Of a DNA stretch of 62,418 nt, positions 34,295 through 45,195 are shown in pieces. The first letter of the stretch is position 1. Each line of letters opens with the position of its first letter. A program made the translations under genes and the position numbers. The DNA comes from a virus (taxonomy: Duplodnaviria; Caudoviricetes), in the IMG/VR virus record IMGVR_UViG_3300020043_005056, positions 1 through 62,418 of that record; one strand, 5' to 3'. Under the pieces are notes generated by a model. That model saw only the letters and a program-made list of their open reading frames with translations, did no database searches and was not told where the DNA came from.

Positions 34295-36268
34295 ATGGCA
34301 AAAATATCTACTTACCCATCAGCAGATGTTCCTTTATTACTAAGCGATAGGCTAATAGGTACAGAAGCTATTAGACCTGTACCATCTCCAACTCCGCTTG
34401 CGACTAAAAACTTTTCGTTAGCGGAGTTGTTGCAATTTTTTCAGAGTCAAATTACTGTTACCACTAACTTACAGGCAGTTCTTAATGCCGGAAATATAGC
34501 TACTCAAAATATAAATTTAACAGGTACAATTGATGCCACATTAATTAAGCCTGTAAATATTGAAGATACAAGCGGAAGTCAGGGTACTGTTTTTCAAGTT
34601 CTTAGCAAAGGAGCTGTAAGTATTACTTGGGCTAATGTGCCTATAGATAATCTTCAAGCTGTATTGAATGCAGGAAATACTGCAACTCAAAACATTACTC
34701 TTATTGGGGATATTACCTCAACAAAAATAATTCCCGGAAATATCCAAGACGATACATCAGCTATTGGAACAACAGGACAATTCCTTTCTAAAACAGCATC
34801 AGGTATAAGATGGGTAAATGCTCCTGTAGCAATAACCCCAACTTTAGGAGATGTTGTAGCTGTAGGGGATACTGCTAATCAAGATATTTTCATAAATACT
34901 TTAAGACTTGGTAGAGGAACAGGAACCGGAGCTAATAACACAGCATTAGGATATTTAGTTTTAGGAGCAAACACTACAGGATTTGCTAATTTAGGTGTTG
35001 GAGCTTTTGCTTTAGCAGGTAATACAACAGCATCAAGAAATACTGCTGTTGGATATGCTGCATTATATACTAATATAAGTGGAAATCTAAATGTTGCAGT
35101 TGGCGGGTTTTCTCAATACATTTCAACAACAGGTATTGCGAATGTATCTTTAGGATATGGAACATTACAAACTAATGTAATTGGTAATTTTAATACAGCA
35201 TTAGGATATAGAACCTTATTAAATAACAAGGCAGATAAAAATACTGCGATTGGAGCTGAGACTATGTTTGTCAATCAAACAGGTACGTTCAATACTGTTG
35301 TTGGTCAAGAGGCGTTAAGAGCAAGTGTTGCAGGAAGTTTTAATTCAATAGTTGGTTGTTTTGCAATATTAAATGCTGAGGCAAGTTATGTGGCAGCTTT
35401 AGGTAGAGATGCCGGTAGATTCTCTTCAGCAGGAAACTTACTAATAGCAAATGAAAGTATATTTATAGGATTCAACTCAAAATCACTAAATACATCTTCA
35501 ATAAATGAAATTGTAATTGGGGCAAATGCTGTTGGACTTGGAGACAATACAGTTGTTTTAGGTAGTGATTTAATAACTAAAACTGCTTTAAAAGGGGATG
35601 TTGGTATTGGAACAACCGCACCAAGTCAAAAATTACACGTTGATGGTAATTTGAGAGTAACCGGAGCTATATACGATTCAAATAACTCTCCGGGAACATC
35701 AGGGCAACTTTTATCTTCTACTGCAACAGGTACTTTATGGCAAAGTAATCCCGGTTATACTTATGGACTTTTTGCTCAAACAGCATTAGGTAATATTATA
35801 ACACCATCTTCAGGAGAAGCTAATCTTCTTGGAACAGGCGTAGGTAGTTTATCTGTTCCTGCAAATGCTTTCAAAGTAGGAGATTCATTTACTGCAAAAA
35901 TATGTGGATATTTAAGTTGTGCAAATAATGAAGATATACATATAAGAGTGGATTCAAATGGTAGTTTAATAGCTGATGCAGGAGTATTTAGGCTAAATAT
36001 TGCTACAAATAAATATTTTGAACTTTCCCTTGATTTTACAGTAACAAAAATAGGTGGATTAGGTGTTGCAGAATTATTTACTAATGGTCAATTTAGTTAT
36101 AATAAAAACGCTAATAGTAACATAGAAGGTAATAATTTTGCAAATATAGATAGTACGATGTTTGATACAACAATAGTAAATAATTTATCTATAACAGCAG
36201 AATGGGTAACATCGAACGTAGCTAATAAAATACAATCACAAAACGCAGTACTTACAAAAGTATATTAG
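34295..36268 (+). CDS. tail fibre / adhesin
   Basis: LQAVLNAGN repeats, NTA(L/V/I)G beta-roll repeats, VGIGTTAP..KLHV. Confidence 0.8.
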   Translation: MAKISTYPSADVPLLLSDRLIGTEAIRPVPSPTPLATKNFSLAELLQFFQSQITVTTNLQAVLNAGNIATQNINLTGTIDATLIKPVNIEDTSGSQGTVFQVLSKGAVSITWANVPIDNLQAVLNAGNTATQNITLIGDITSTKIIPGNIQDDTSAIGTTGQFLSKTASGIRWVNAPVAITPTLGDVVAVGDTANQDIFINTLRLGRGTGTGANNTALGYLVLGANTTGFANLGVGAFALAGNTTASRNTAVGYAALYTNISGNLNVAVGGFSQYISTTGIANVSLGYGTLQTNVIGNFNTALGYRTLLNNKADKNTAIGAETMFVNQTGTFNTVVGQEALRASVAGSFNSIVGCFAILNAEASYVAALGRDAGRFSSAGNLLIANESIFIGFNSKSLNTSSINEIVIGANAVGLGDNTVVLGSDLITKTALKGDVGIGTTAPSQKLHVDGNLRVTGAIYDSNNSPGTSGQLLSSTATGTLWQSNPGYTYGLFAQTALGNIITPSSGEANLLGTGVGSLSVPANAFKVGDSFTAKICGYLSCANNEDIHIRVDSNGSLIADAGVFRLNIATNKYFELSLDFTVTKIGGLGVAELFTNGQFSYNKNANSNIEGNNFANIDSTMFDTTIVNNLSITAEWVTSNVANKIQSQNAVLTKVY

Positions 36269-36285
36269 AGTTTAAATCAAATCAA

Positions 36286-36513
36286 ATGGATATAAGAAAA
36301 ATATCAATCGGACCTGACTATAAAAGTGGTGCAATGCACTACATAGTTGGTCAAAAGATTCTCGGAGATTCAAACGAGATTCATCATATTAAACGACATT
36401 CTGATACAGGAGCCATATTAATTTATATTATTAATAAAAAAGATGAGGTAGTTTTGTGGAAAGAGTTTAACTTTACAATTCCAATTTCAATCGAATTTAA
36501 TATAGACTTTTAA
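36286..36513 (+). CDS. conserved hypothetical protein
   Basis: IRKISIGPDYK..AMHY.VGQ. Confidence 0.75.
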   Translation: MDIRKISIGPDYKSGAMHYIVGQKILGDSNEIHHIKRHSDTGAILIYIINKKDEVVLWKEFNFTIPISIEFNIDF

Positions 36514-37076
36514 TGAAATCTCCATTTTACTTCATAGTTAAGCCTATGAATGGAAAGCGGTATGACAACACAAAAGACATAGGAGTAACTGATTTTATAG
36601 TCAGCACTTCAGAAGAGGACCATAAATTCTCTAACAGATATGCAAAAGTTGTCGAGCTTCCAATAGGCTATTCAGGTCCTATCACAATAGGAGACACCCT
36701 TCTTGTACATCATAATGCGTTTAAGTTTTACAACGATATGAAGGGTCGTCAAAAAAGCGGCAAGAGTTTCTTTAAAGATGATTTATTCTTTATAGAGACA
36801 GACCAATTCTTTTTATACAAAAAAGATTCTGTTTGGAATGCGTATGACAAGTATTGTTTTGTCAGACCAATTGCAGCTACAGATTATTTCATAGATAAAT
36901 TTTGTGTTGAAGAACCTTTAATGGGGCAGATGGTTTATCCAAATGAATACCTTTTAAGCAAAGGAATAAAACAAGGCGATTATGTTTGTTTTTCTCCCGA
37001 TAGTGAATATGAGTTTACTGTTGATGGAGAGAAGCTATATCGTATGTATGACCACCAAATAACAATGAAGCTATGA
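36513..37076 (+). CDS. protein with possible tandem GroES-like folds
   Basis: Two segments resembling GroES strands (ITIGDTLLVHHN; IKQGDYVCF...EFTVDGEKLYRM). Confidence 0.45.
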   Translation: MKSPFYFIVKPMNGKRYDNTKDIGVTDFIVSTSEEDHKFSNRYAKVVELPIGYSGPITIGDTLLVHHNAFKFYNDMKGRQKSGKSFFKDDLFFIETDQFFLYKKDSVWNAYDKYCFVRPIAATDYFIDKFCVEEPLMGQMVYPNEYLLSKGIKQGDYVCFSPDSEYEFTVDGEKLYRMYDHQITMKL

Positions 37077-37639
37077 TAAATATTATAGATGATTTCTTAG
37101 AACCAAATGTATATCAGGAGATTTACGATAATTTATTTCACAATCAATTTCAAGAAGTTGAAGTTGGAGATAAAAAATTTTGGGTTCAATATAGCAATGA
37201 AGAATTTGATAAATACATTATTGAAAAGCTAAGTGTTATAGATGGTGTACAGAGAGAATGTTTATTAGGATTCTTTAGAGTAGCAACTGAAGAGTTTGAT
37301 ACAGATTGGAGAATCCACGCAGATTCAAAAGTAGGCGATATTAGACCTGAAAGAGCACTTGTGCTATATATCTCTCCATCTACAAAAGAAGGGCTCCACG
37401 GAACCGCTTTTTGGAGACATAAAGATGTAGGCTACGAAATGCCTTTAGATGTGTCTAACGAAGAGGCTGATAGGTTTCTTTCAGATGAAGCAAACAACTT
37501 AGATAATTGGGATTTGCATTCTGTAGTTGGTTATAGACCAAATCGTGCTCTTATGTACCCTTCTAATTACTTTCATAGTAAATATCCAAACACGGGTTGG
37601 AAAGAAGGTAGAATGGTATATGTAATGTTTTATAGATAA
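37073..37639 (+). CDS. 2OG-Fe(II) oxygenase-like protein
   Basis: IIDDFL, RIHAD (HxD), LYIS, GTAFW, NRALMY, YFHS, distal R. Confidence 0.75.
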   Translation: MINIIDDFLEPNVYQEIYDNLFHNQFQEVEVGDKKFWVQYSNEEFDKYIIEKLSVIDGVQRECLLGFFRVATEEFDTDWRIHADSKVGDIRPERALVLYISPSTKEGLHGTAFWRHKDVGYEMPLDVSNEEADRFLSDEANNLDNWDLHSVVGYRPNRALMYPSNYFHSKYPNTGWKEGRMVYVMFYR

Positions 37640-37643
37640 TCGT

Positions 37644-37928
37644 ATGACAGCTAAAGAAACAAAACTAAAAATTATTGCTGCCGGACATAAGGCAGTATTA
37701 GAACTTATAAAAGTAGCCGAAGAGTCTATCTTGAATCCTGATATGGAAGGAGATGACTTAGCTGCTGATAAACTAAAGAATGCAGCGGCTACAAAAAAAT
37801 TAGCTATATTTGATGCTTTTGAGATTCTTAATAGAATAGAATCAGAAAAAGAAAGTATTGAAATGGCAGAAAAAGGAGGAAGTAAAACTGATACAAAACA
37901 AGGATTTGCAGAAAGAAGGTCTAAATAG
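37644..37928 (+). CDS. terminase small subunit candidate
   Basis: Helical 94-aa protein directly upstream of and overlapping TerL. Confidence 0.55.
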   Translation: MTAKETKLKIIAAGHKAVLELIKVAEESILNPDMEGDDLAADKLKNAAATKKLAIFDAFEILNRIESEKESIEMAEKGGSKTDTKQGFAERRSK

Positions 37929-40152
37929 TTTATACACTGTAGTCAAGGACTATATACCTAAAAATGCCATTACAAAAAAGAATGGAAATAAATCTTGGGT
38001 ATATGGCTATAACGACCAATACGATGTTGTTGTAATATCTAAAACAGGACAAATAGGAGATATTATAAACATATCAGGTCTTTATATTGCACTGCCTCCA
38101 ACTCCAAAGGATTGCATAAAAAGAAGTACTACAAAATCTGAGCAACATTGGGAAAGAGAGCCCCTTCCGAAACAACTTTCAAGAATACAATCAATATTCC
38201 AATGGAATGAAATGCCATCTGAATTTAAAAACAAATGGGTTGATTATATTGAGAATGAATTTGATTGTAGAGAAAATGGAGTATGGTTTATGAATAATGG
38301 AGTTCCTACATACATAACAGGTTCTCACTATATGTATCTTCAGTGGGCAAGTATTGATATTGGGTATCCTGATTTTAGAGAAGCAAATAGAATATTTTGG
38401 ATTTTTTGGGAGGCTTGTAGGGCTGACCAAAGAAGTTTTGGTATGATGTACTTAAAGATTAGACGTTCAGGGTTTTCTTTTATGTCTTCATCTGAGTGTG
38501 TGAATGTAGGGACCCTTGCGCGTGATGCGAGAGTTGGTATCTTATCAAAAACAGGAGCTGATGCTAAGAAAATGTTTACTGATAAAGTAGTTCCGATTAA
38601 TAGCAGACTTCCATTTTTCTTCAAACCTATTATGGATGGTATGGATAAGCCAAAAACTGAATTGTCTTTCCGTGTGCCGGCATCTAAGATTACAAAGAAA
38701 AATATGTATGACACCGAAAATGAAATCATAGAAGGATTAGATACATCAATAGATTGGAAAAACACAGATGACAACTCTTATGATGGGGAAAAATTACTGT
38801 TATTAGCTCACGATGAAAGTGCTAAATGGACTAAGCCTCAAAATATAAAAGAGAATTGGCGAGTAACTAAAACTTGTTTAAGATTAGGTTCTAAAATTAT
38901 TGGCAAATGTATGATGGGGTCAACCTCAAATGCATTATCAAAAGGGGGTCAGAATTATAAAGATATGTTTGAAGACTCAGTGGTTACAACTCGTAACGCT
39001 AATGGTCAAACAAAAAGTGGATTGTATGGCTTGTTTATTCCTATGGAATGGAATATGGAAGGTTTTATAGATGTATATGGTATGCCTGTATTTAGGACTC
39101 CTGAAGTTCCAATTACAGGAGTTGATGGAGGAATAATTAGTATGGGTGCTATTGACTATTGGGAGAATGAAGTTGATTCACTTAAAAATGATTCTGACGC
39201 ATTAAATGAATTTTATCGTCAGTTTCCAAGGACTGAATCTCACGCATTTAGAGATGAGAGCAAACAGTCTTTGTTTAACCTTACAAAAATATACCAACAG
39301 ATTGACTATAATGATAGTTTGATAAAAGAACACTTTTTGACAAGAGGTTCTTTTCATTGGCAGGATGGTATAAAAGATACGAAAGTTATCTTCACTCCTG
39401 ACTCAAGAGGTAGGTTTTTAGTCAGTTGGACACCGGCAAAACATCTTCAAAACAATGTTCACATTAGAAACGGAATGAAATATCCCGGTAATGAGCATAT
39501 AGGTACATTTGGTTGCGACCCTTATGACATATCCGCAGTTGTTGGAGGAAGAGGCTCTAATGGTTCGCTTCACGGATTAACAAAGTTTAATATGGATGAA
39601 GCTCCGAGTAATGAGTTTTTCCTTGAGTACATAGCAAGACCTCAGACTGCGGAGATATTTTTTGAAGAAGTATTGATGGCGTGTGTGTTCTATGGTATGC
39701 CTATACTTATAGAGAATAACAAGCCAAGGCTTTTATATCACTTTAAAAACAGAGGATATAGACATTACAGTTTAAATAGACCTGATAAACAATACAATAA
39801 ACTCTCAGCCACAGAACGTGAGCTTGGAGGAATACCTAATTCATCAGAGGATGTTAAGCAGTCTCACGCATCAGCCATCGAGTCTTATATTGAAAAACAT
39901 ATTGGTATAGATTTCACAGGAGATTACAGAGATGGAGGAGATATGGGAACTATGCCTTTTACACGAACATTAGAAGATTGGGCAAAGTTTGATATAAACG
40001 ATAGAACCAAATTTGATGCGTCTATAAGTTCGGGATTGGCTATTATGGCTAATCAAAAGCATTTATATATTCCGGAGAAAAAAGATTCAAAAATAAGTAT
40101 TAACTTCGCAAGGTATTCTAATGATGGTTCAATAAGTCAATTAATCAAATGA
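37858..40152 (+). CDS. terminase large subunit (start uncertain: TTG 37858 or 37906)
   Basis: LKIRRSGFS Walker A variant, AHDESAKW Walker B, MGST, GCDPYD nuclease, IENN. Confidence 0.9.
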   Translation: MKWQKKEEVKLIQNKDLQKEGLNSLYTVVKDYIPKNAITKKNGNKSWVYGYNDQYDVVVISKTGQIGDIINISGLYIALPPTPKDCIKRSTTKSEQHWEREPLPKQLSRIQSIFQWNEMPSEFKNKWVDYIENEFDCRENGVWFMNNGVPTYITGSHYMYLQWASIDIGYPDFREANRIFWIFWEACRADQRSFGMMYLKIRRSGFSFMSSSECVNVGTLARDARVGILSKTGADAKKMFTDKVVPINSRLPFFFKPIMDGMDKPKTELSFRVPASKITKKNMYDTENEIIEGLDTSIDWKNTDDNSYDGEKLLLLAHDESAKWTKPQNIKENWRVTKTCLRLGSKIIGKCMMGSTSNALSKGGQNYKDMFEDSVVTTRNANGQTKSGLYGLFIPMEWNMEGFIDVYGMPVFRTPEVPITGVDGGIISMGAIDYWENEVDSLKNDSDALNEFYRQFPRTESHAFRDESKQSLFNLTKIYQQIDYNDSLIKEHFLTRGSFHWQDGIKDTKVIFTPDSRGRFLVSWTPAKHLQNNVHIRNGMKYPGNEHIGTFGCDPYDISAVVGGRGSNGSLHGLTKFNMDEAPSNEFFLEYIARPQTAEIFFEEVLMACVFYGMPILIENNKPRLLYHFKNRGYRHYSLNRPDKQYNKLSATERELGGIPNSSEDVKQSHASAIESYIEKHIGIDFTGDYRDGGDMGTMPFTRTLEDWAKFDINDRTKFDASISSGLAIMANQKHLYIPEKKDSKISINFARYSNDGSISQLIK

Positions 40153-42584
40153 AAAACGTAACAATAGATATTACATCGTCAGCCTTTCCAAGTCAGTTAG
40201 CTACTGATAAGGAGAAAGCATCCCAACAATTTGGACTACAAGTTGGTCAAGCTATTCAGTATGAATGGTTCAGAAAGGATGGAAATAATTGCAGATATTA
40301 TGGTCAATGGAGAGAATTTCATAGACTAAGGTTATATGCAAGAGGAGAACAATCAATTGCAAAATATAAAAATGAATTAGCTATTGATGGCGATTTATCT
40401 TATTTAAACTTAGATTGGACCCCTGTTCCTGTTATTCCTAAATTTGTTGACATTGTTGTTAATGGAATGTCAGACAGGCTATTCAAGGTAAAGGTGTATG
40501 CACAAGATGCTATGTCTCAATCTAAAAGAAGCAAGTATCAAGATATGATTGAGGGGCAAATGATTGCTAAACCTGTTTTAAGTCAAATAAAAGAAAGCAC
40601 AGGATTCGATGCATTTACAATGGACCCTGAGAAACTTCCTGAAACAGATGAAGAGCTTTCTTTATTTATGCAACTTCATTACAAACCTGCAATTGAGATT
40701 GCAGAAGAAGAAGCTATTAATACTATATTTGACGAAAATCATTATAACGATATTCGTTGGAGATTAGATTATGATGCTACAGTACTTGGTATATCCATTG
40801 CTAAACACGAATTTCTACAAGGAACAGGAGTTAAAATATCTTATGTTGACCCTGCAAATGTTGTTTATAGTTATACTGAAGACCCTCATTTTAAAGATTG
40901 TTTTTATTGGGGAGAAATTAAAACTCTTCCTATTAGCGAGTTAATGAAAATTGACCAAAGTCTTACCAAAGAAGATTTACAAGAAATAACTCAATACAGC
41001 CAAGGTTGGTATGATTATTTTAATGTAGCTCAGTTCTATGAGAATAGTGTATTCTCAAGAGATACTTGTACATTGATGTACTTTAATTATAAAACCACAA
41101 AGAAAATAGTTTTTAAGAAAAAAATTCTTGAGAATGGCGGTTCACGAGTTATACCTAAAGATGATACTTTCAATCCTCCACAAGAAATGATGGAAGAAGG
41201 AAATTTTGAAAAAATAGAAAAAACTATTGATGTGTGGTATGAAGGTATTATGGTAATGGGAACTAATATTTTGTTACAATGGAAGTTGTCTGAGAATATG
41301 GTAAGACCTAAATCAGCATCGCAACACGCGCTACCTAATTATGTAGCTTGTGCGCCAAGAATGTACAAAGGAGCTATAGAATCTTTGGTTCGTAGAATGA
41401 TACCATTTGCTGACCTTATTCAAATCACTCATTTAAAATTACAACAAGTAATTAATCGTGTTGTACCTGATGGTGTATTTATTGATGCAGATGGTCTTAA
41501 TGAAGTTGATTTAGGAAATGGAGCTGCTTATAATCCTGAAGACGCTTTAAGACTTTACTTCCAAACAGGTTCGGTAATTGGTAGAAGTTTTACTCAAGAT
41601 GGAGACTTTAACAACGCTAAAGTTCCTATTACTCAATTAAACGCAAATACAGGTGTAGGTAAAACTCAAATGCTTATCACTAACTATAATCACTATATGG
41701 ATATGATTAGAACTGTAACCGGACTTAATGAAGCGCGAGATGGCTCTACTCCTGACCCTAATTCTTTAGTTGGTTTACAAAAATTAGCAGCTTTAAATTC
41801 AAATACAGCTACTCGGCATATACTTGAAGGCGGATTGTTTATTTACCGTTCAATGGCAGAAGCGTTGACTTATAGAATTGGAGATATTTTAGAATATTCT
41901 GATTTTAAAGATGAGTTTATTAATCAAATTGGCAGATATAATGTATCTATTTTAGGAGATATAGCAGACCTTTACATTTATGATTTTGGTATCTTTATTG
42001 AGGTTGCACCTGATGAAGAACAAAAAGCACAGCTTGAAGCTAATGTTCAAATGGCTCTACAAAAAGGAGATATTAATCTTGAAGATGCTATTGATATTCG
42101 TGAGATTAAAAATCTTAAACTTGCTAATCAATTATTAAAAATGAAGCGAATTAAGAAACAAGAACGTGAAGAACAAATGAAAATGCAGCAACAAGCGATG
42201 CAGGCTCAACAACAATTGAAGTCTCAAGAAATGGCAGGTCAAATGGCTATACAGAAGATGCAGACAGAAGTTCAGACTAAAGGTCAGTTAATGCAGATGG
42301 AAGCTGAGTTTAGCATTAGAAAAGTTCAAGTTGAAGCTGAATTAAAATCTCATTTAATGGCAGAAGAGTTTATGTATAATCAAAAACTTCACGATATGGA
42401 AATGGAAACATTAAATGGTCGTGAGAAATCTCGTGAAGATGCTAAAGCTAAACGTATTAGTCAACAAAATACAGAACAATCTAAATTGATAGACCAACGT
42501 AAAAATAATTTACCTCCATTGAATTTTGAATCAAATGAAGATAGTTTAGATGGGTTTGATTTAGCAGAATTTGAACCTCGTTAA
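40149..42584 (+). CDS. portal protein
   Basis: Follows TerL; 811 aa; PVIPKFVD, TGLNEARDG, Q-rich C-terminal coil. Confidence 0.85.
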   Translation: MKNVTIDITSSAFPSQLATDKEKASQQFGLQVGQAIQYEWFRKDGNNCRYYGQWREFHRLRLYARGEQSIAKYKNELAIDGDLSYLNLDWTPVPVIPKFVDIVVNGMSDRLFKVKVYAQDAMSQSKRSKYQDMIEGQMIAKPVLSQIKESTGFDAFTMDPEKLPETDEELSLFMQLHYKPAIEIAEEEAINTIFDENHYNDIRWRLDYDATVLGISIAKHEFLQGTGVKISYVDPANVVYSYTEDPHFKDCFYWGEIKTLPISELMKIDQSLTKEDLQEITQYSQGWYDYFNVAQFYENSVFSRDTCTLMYFNYKTTKKIVFKKKILENGGSRVIPKDDTFNPPQEMMEEGNFEKIEKTIDVWYEGIMVMGTNILLQWKLSENMVRPKSASQHALPNYVACAPRMYKGAIESLVRRMIPFADLIQITHLKLQQVINRVVPDGVFIDADGLNEVDLGNGAAYNPEDALRLYFQTGSVIGRSFTQDGDFNNAKVPITQLNANTGVGKTQMLITNYNHYMDMIRTVTGLNEARDGSTPDPNSLVGLQKLAALNSNTATRHILEGGLFIYRSMAEALTYRIGDILEYSDFKDEFINQIGRYNVSILGDIADLYIYDFGIFIEVAPDEEQKAQLEANVQMALQKGDINLEDAIDIREIKNLKLANQLLKMKRIKKQEREEQMKMQQQAMQAQQQLKSQEMAGQMAIQKMQTEVQTKGQLMQMEAEFSIRKVQVEAELKSHLMAEEFMYNQKLHDMEMETLNGREKSREDAKAKRISQQNTEQSKLIDQRKNNLPPLNFESNEDSLDGFDLAEFEPR

Positions 42585-42602
42585 AATATCAAAAAAATTG
42601 TA

Positions 42603-42610
42603 TAGCTTTG
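42603..42610 (+). promoter_or_regulatory. Bacteroidota -7 promoter of the scaffold/capsid operon
   Basis: TAGCTTTG. Confidence 0.7.
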
Positions 42611-42642
42611 TAAAAAATTAAATCAAATTAAAATCAAATCAA

Positions 42643-43746
42643 ATGGAAATGAAAGTAAGGTTATTAGATGGTATAGAAGAAAAAGGTACGGCTCAAGTTG
42701 AACAAGAATTACTTGAACAACACGAGCAACAATTTCAGAATGTTAATGTACCCGGTCAAGAGCAACTGCAAGAGCAACTGCAAGAGCAAGAGCAACTGCA
42801 AGAGCAAGAAGTTGAATTAAACGAAGAACAAGTTCTTTCATATATTGGGAAAAGATACAATAAGCAGATTAATTCATTAGATGAATTAACAGCTCAAAGG
42901 GAAGAAGCCGAGGCTTTACCTGAAGATGTTGCTGCTTATATGAAATACAAAAAAGAAACAGGAAGAGGATTTGAGGATTTTTTAAGTCTTAAAAAAGATT
43001 TTGACTCAATGGACTCGGAAAGTTTACTTGAACAATATTTATCAGCAACTCAAGAAGGACTTGATGCTGATGATATTGACTCTTTAATGGATGATTATCG
43101 TTATGACGAAGACATTGATGATGAATCACATATAAAAAGAGTTAAGATTGCAACAAAAAAGGCTGTTGCTGAAGCAAAGAAATTTTTTAATTCTCAAAAA
43201 GAAAAATACAAAGTGCCACTTGAGTCAAGTGTTCCGCTTATTTCTGATGAGGAAAGAGAAATCTACGAAAGCTATAAGCAATATACCCAACAAGCTAAGA
43301 CTATTGAAGAGGAGAACGAAAGAAAACGTAATTGGTTTAACCAAAAAACAGATGAGGTATTTAATGGAGAGTTCAAAGGTTTTGAGTTCAATGTTAATGA
43401 TAATCGAATCACTTTCAATCCCGGAGATGCCAATGAGCTTAAAAAAGCACAAGCTACACCTGCAAACTTTATTAATAAGTTTTTAGATGAGCAAGGCTTA
43501 GTTAAGGATGCGGTAGGTTATCATAGGTCATTAGCTGTTGCTATGAATCCTGAGAAATTTGCAAAGTTCTTTTACGAACAAGGACAAGCAGATGCAATTG
43601 ATGGTACTATGAAAGGCATTAAAAATATTCAAATGTCTGCTAATAGAGCACCTGAAATTACAAAATCAACGGAAGGAATGCAGGTAAAAGCGGTAAATCC
43701 TGATTCGGGTAAGAGCCTAAAAATCCGTAGTATAAAAAGAATATAA
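42643..43746 (+). CDS. capsid scaffolding protein
   Basis: Acidic and helical, between portal and capsid genes; CAAGAGCAACTG (QEQL) tandem repeat at ~42757-42808. Confidence 0.7.
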   Translation: MEMKVRLLDGIEEKGTAQVEQELLEQHEQQFQNVNVPGQEQLQEQLQEQEQLQEQEVELNEEQVLSYIGKRYNKQINSLDELTAQREEAEALPEDVAAYMKYKKETGRGFEDFLSLKKDFDSMDSESLLEQYLSATQEGLDADDIDSLMDDYRYDEDIDDESHIKRVKIATKKAVAEAKKFFNSQKEKYKVPLESSVPLISDEEREIYESYKQYTQQAKTIEEENERKRNWFNQKTDEVFNGEFKGFEFNVNDNRITFNPGDANELKKAQATPANFINKFLDEQGLVKDAVGYHRSLAVAMNPEKFAKFFYEQGQADAIDGTMKGIKNIQMSANRAPEITKSTEGMQVKAVNPDSGKSLKIRSIKRI

Positions 43747-43765
43747 ATTTTAAAAATTAATCAAA

Positions 43766-45184
43766 ATGGCAGGTACATTATTATCAAATCCTACTTTTGC
43801 ATTACAGCCAAGTGCTGAGCAAGTAGCATTGCAGACAAATTATATTACTAACTTCAACTTCTTGAATCAGTATCTTCCTGATACTTACGAAAAAGAATTT
43901 GAGCGTTATGGTAATAGAACCATCGCATCATTCTTGAGAATGGTAGGTGCTGAGATGCCTTCAAACTCTGACCAAATCAAATGGGCAGAACAAGGTCGTC
44001 TTCACATTAAATACACCAACATTACTTCTGCGGCAGCAATTAACGCTAACACAGCAACTTTCACAGTAGCTGATTCAGGTGTTACTTACATCGCAATTAG
44101 AATTGGTCAAACAGTTATGATTCAGAACAACACTACAGGTGTATTCAACAAAGCAATCGTAACTGCTGTTCCTTCTGCAACTACTTTTACAGTAGCTTAC
44201 TATGAGGCTACAGGACAAGCATTTGCTGTATCTACAGTTTGTACTGTATTTATCTATGGTTCTGAGTTCAAAAAAGGAACTAATGGAATGATTGGTTCAT
44301 TAGAGTCAGAAGATGATATCTACAGCAACAACCCTATTATCTTAAAAGATAAATATGCGGTTAATGGTTCTGATATGGCTCAAATCGGATGGGTTGAAGT
44401 TACTACTGAAAATGGTGCTACAGGTTATCTGTGGTATTTGAAATCAGAACACGAAACTCGTTTACGTTTTGAAGACTACATCGAAACTGCAATGATTGAA
44501 GCAGTTCCTGCCGCTACCGGTTCGGGTGCTAAAACAGCAGGTATGATGGGGTCTGAAGGTATCTTCTATGTTGTAAACAATAGAGGTAACGTATGGGGCG
44601 GTGGTTCTCCAACTTCTTTGACTGAGTGGGATACAATTGTTTCTCGTTTGGACAAGCAAGGTGCTATCGAAGAAAACGTAATTTTCGTTAATCGTGGATT
44701 GTCTTTTGACATCGACAATATGTTGGCAACATTAAACGGATATAACGGAGTAAATGCTGCCGGTGCTGCATCTTACGGTTTATTCGACAATGACGTTGAT
44801 ATGGCTTTGAACTTAGGTTTCACAGGATTCCGTAGAGGTTATGATTTCTACAAGTCTGATTGGAAATACCTAAACGACCCAACTATGAGAGGTGGATTGA
44901 ACAATGCTGCTGCTACAGCAACAGGTACAATCACAGGTCTTATGGTTCCTGCCGGTTCTACTTCAGTGTACGACCAAATTATGGGTAAAAACGCTAAGAG
45001 ACCTTTCTTACACGTTAGATACCGTGCTTCAGAAGCTGAAGACCGTAGATACAAAACGTGGATTACAGGTTCTGCCGGTGGTGCTCAAACATCTGACTTA
45101 GATGCAATGGAGGTTAACTTCTTGTCTGAAAGATGTGTATGTACTTTAGGTGCGAACAACTTCGTATTATTCCGTTTCGGATAG
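43766..45184 (+). CDS. major capsid protein
   Basis: Position, 472 aa, strongly biased codons (TTC, AAC, ATC, CGT) typical of high expression. Confidence 0.85.
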   Translation: MAGTLLSNPTFALQPSAEQVALQTNYITNFNFLNQYLPDTYEKEFERYGNRTIASFLRMVGAEMPSNSDQIKWAEQGRLHIKYTNITSAAAINANTATFTVADSGVTYIAIRIGQTVMIQNNTTGVFNKAIVTAVPSATTFTVAYYEATGQAFAVSTVCTVFIYGSEFKKGTNGMIGSLESEDDIYSNNPIILKDKYAVNGSDMAQIGWVEVTTENGATGYLWYLKSEHETRLRFEDYIETAMIEAVPAATGSGAKTAGMMGSEGIFYVVNNRGNVWGGGSPTSLTEWDTIVSRLDKQGAIEENVIFVNRGLSFDIDNMLATLNGYNGVNAAGAASYGLFDNDVDMALNLGFTGFRRGYDFYKSDWKYLNDPTMRGGLNNAAATATGTITGLMVPAGSTSVYDQIMGKNAKRPFLHVRYRASEAEDRRYKTWITGSAGGAQTSDLDAMEVNFLSERCVCTLGANNFVLFRFG

Positions 45185-45195
45185 TATATAGTAAA

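Noticed and set aside
42757-42808. Regulatory role for the CAAGAGCAACTG tandem repeat
   Set aside because: In-frame QEQL expansion in the disordered scaffold N-terminus; ordinary slippage explains it.
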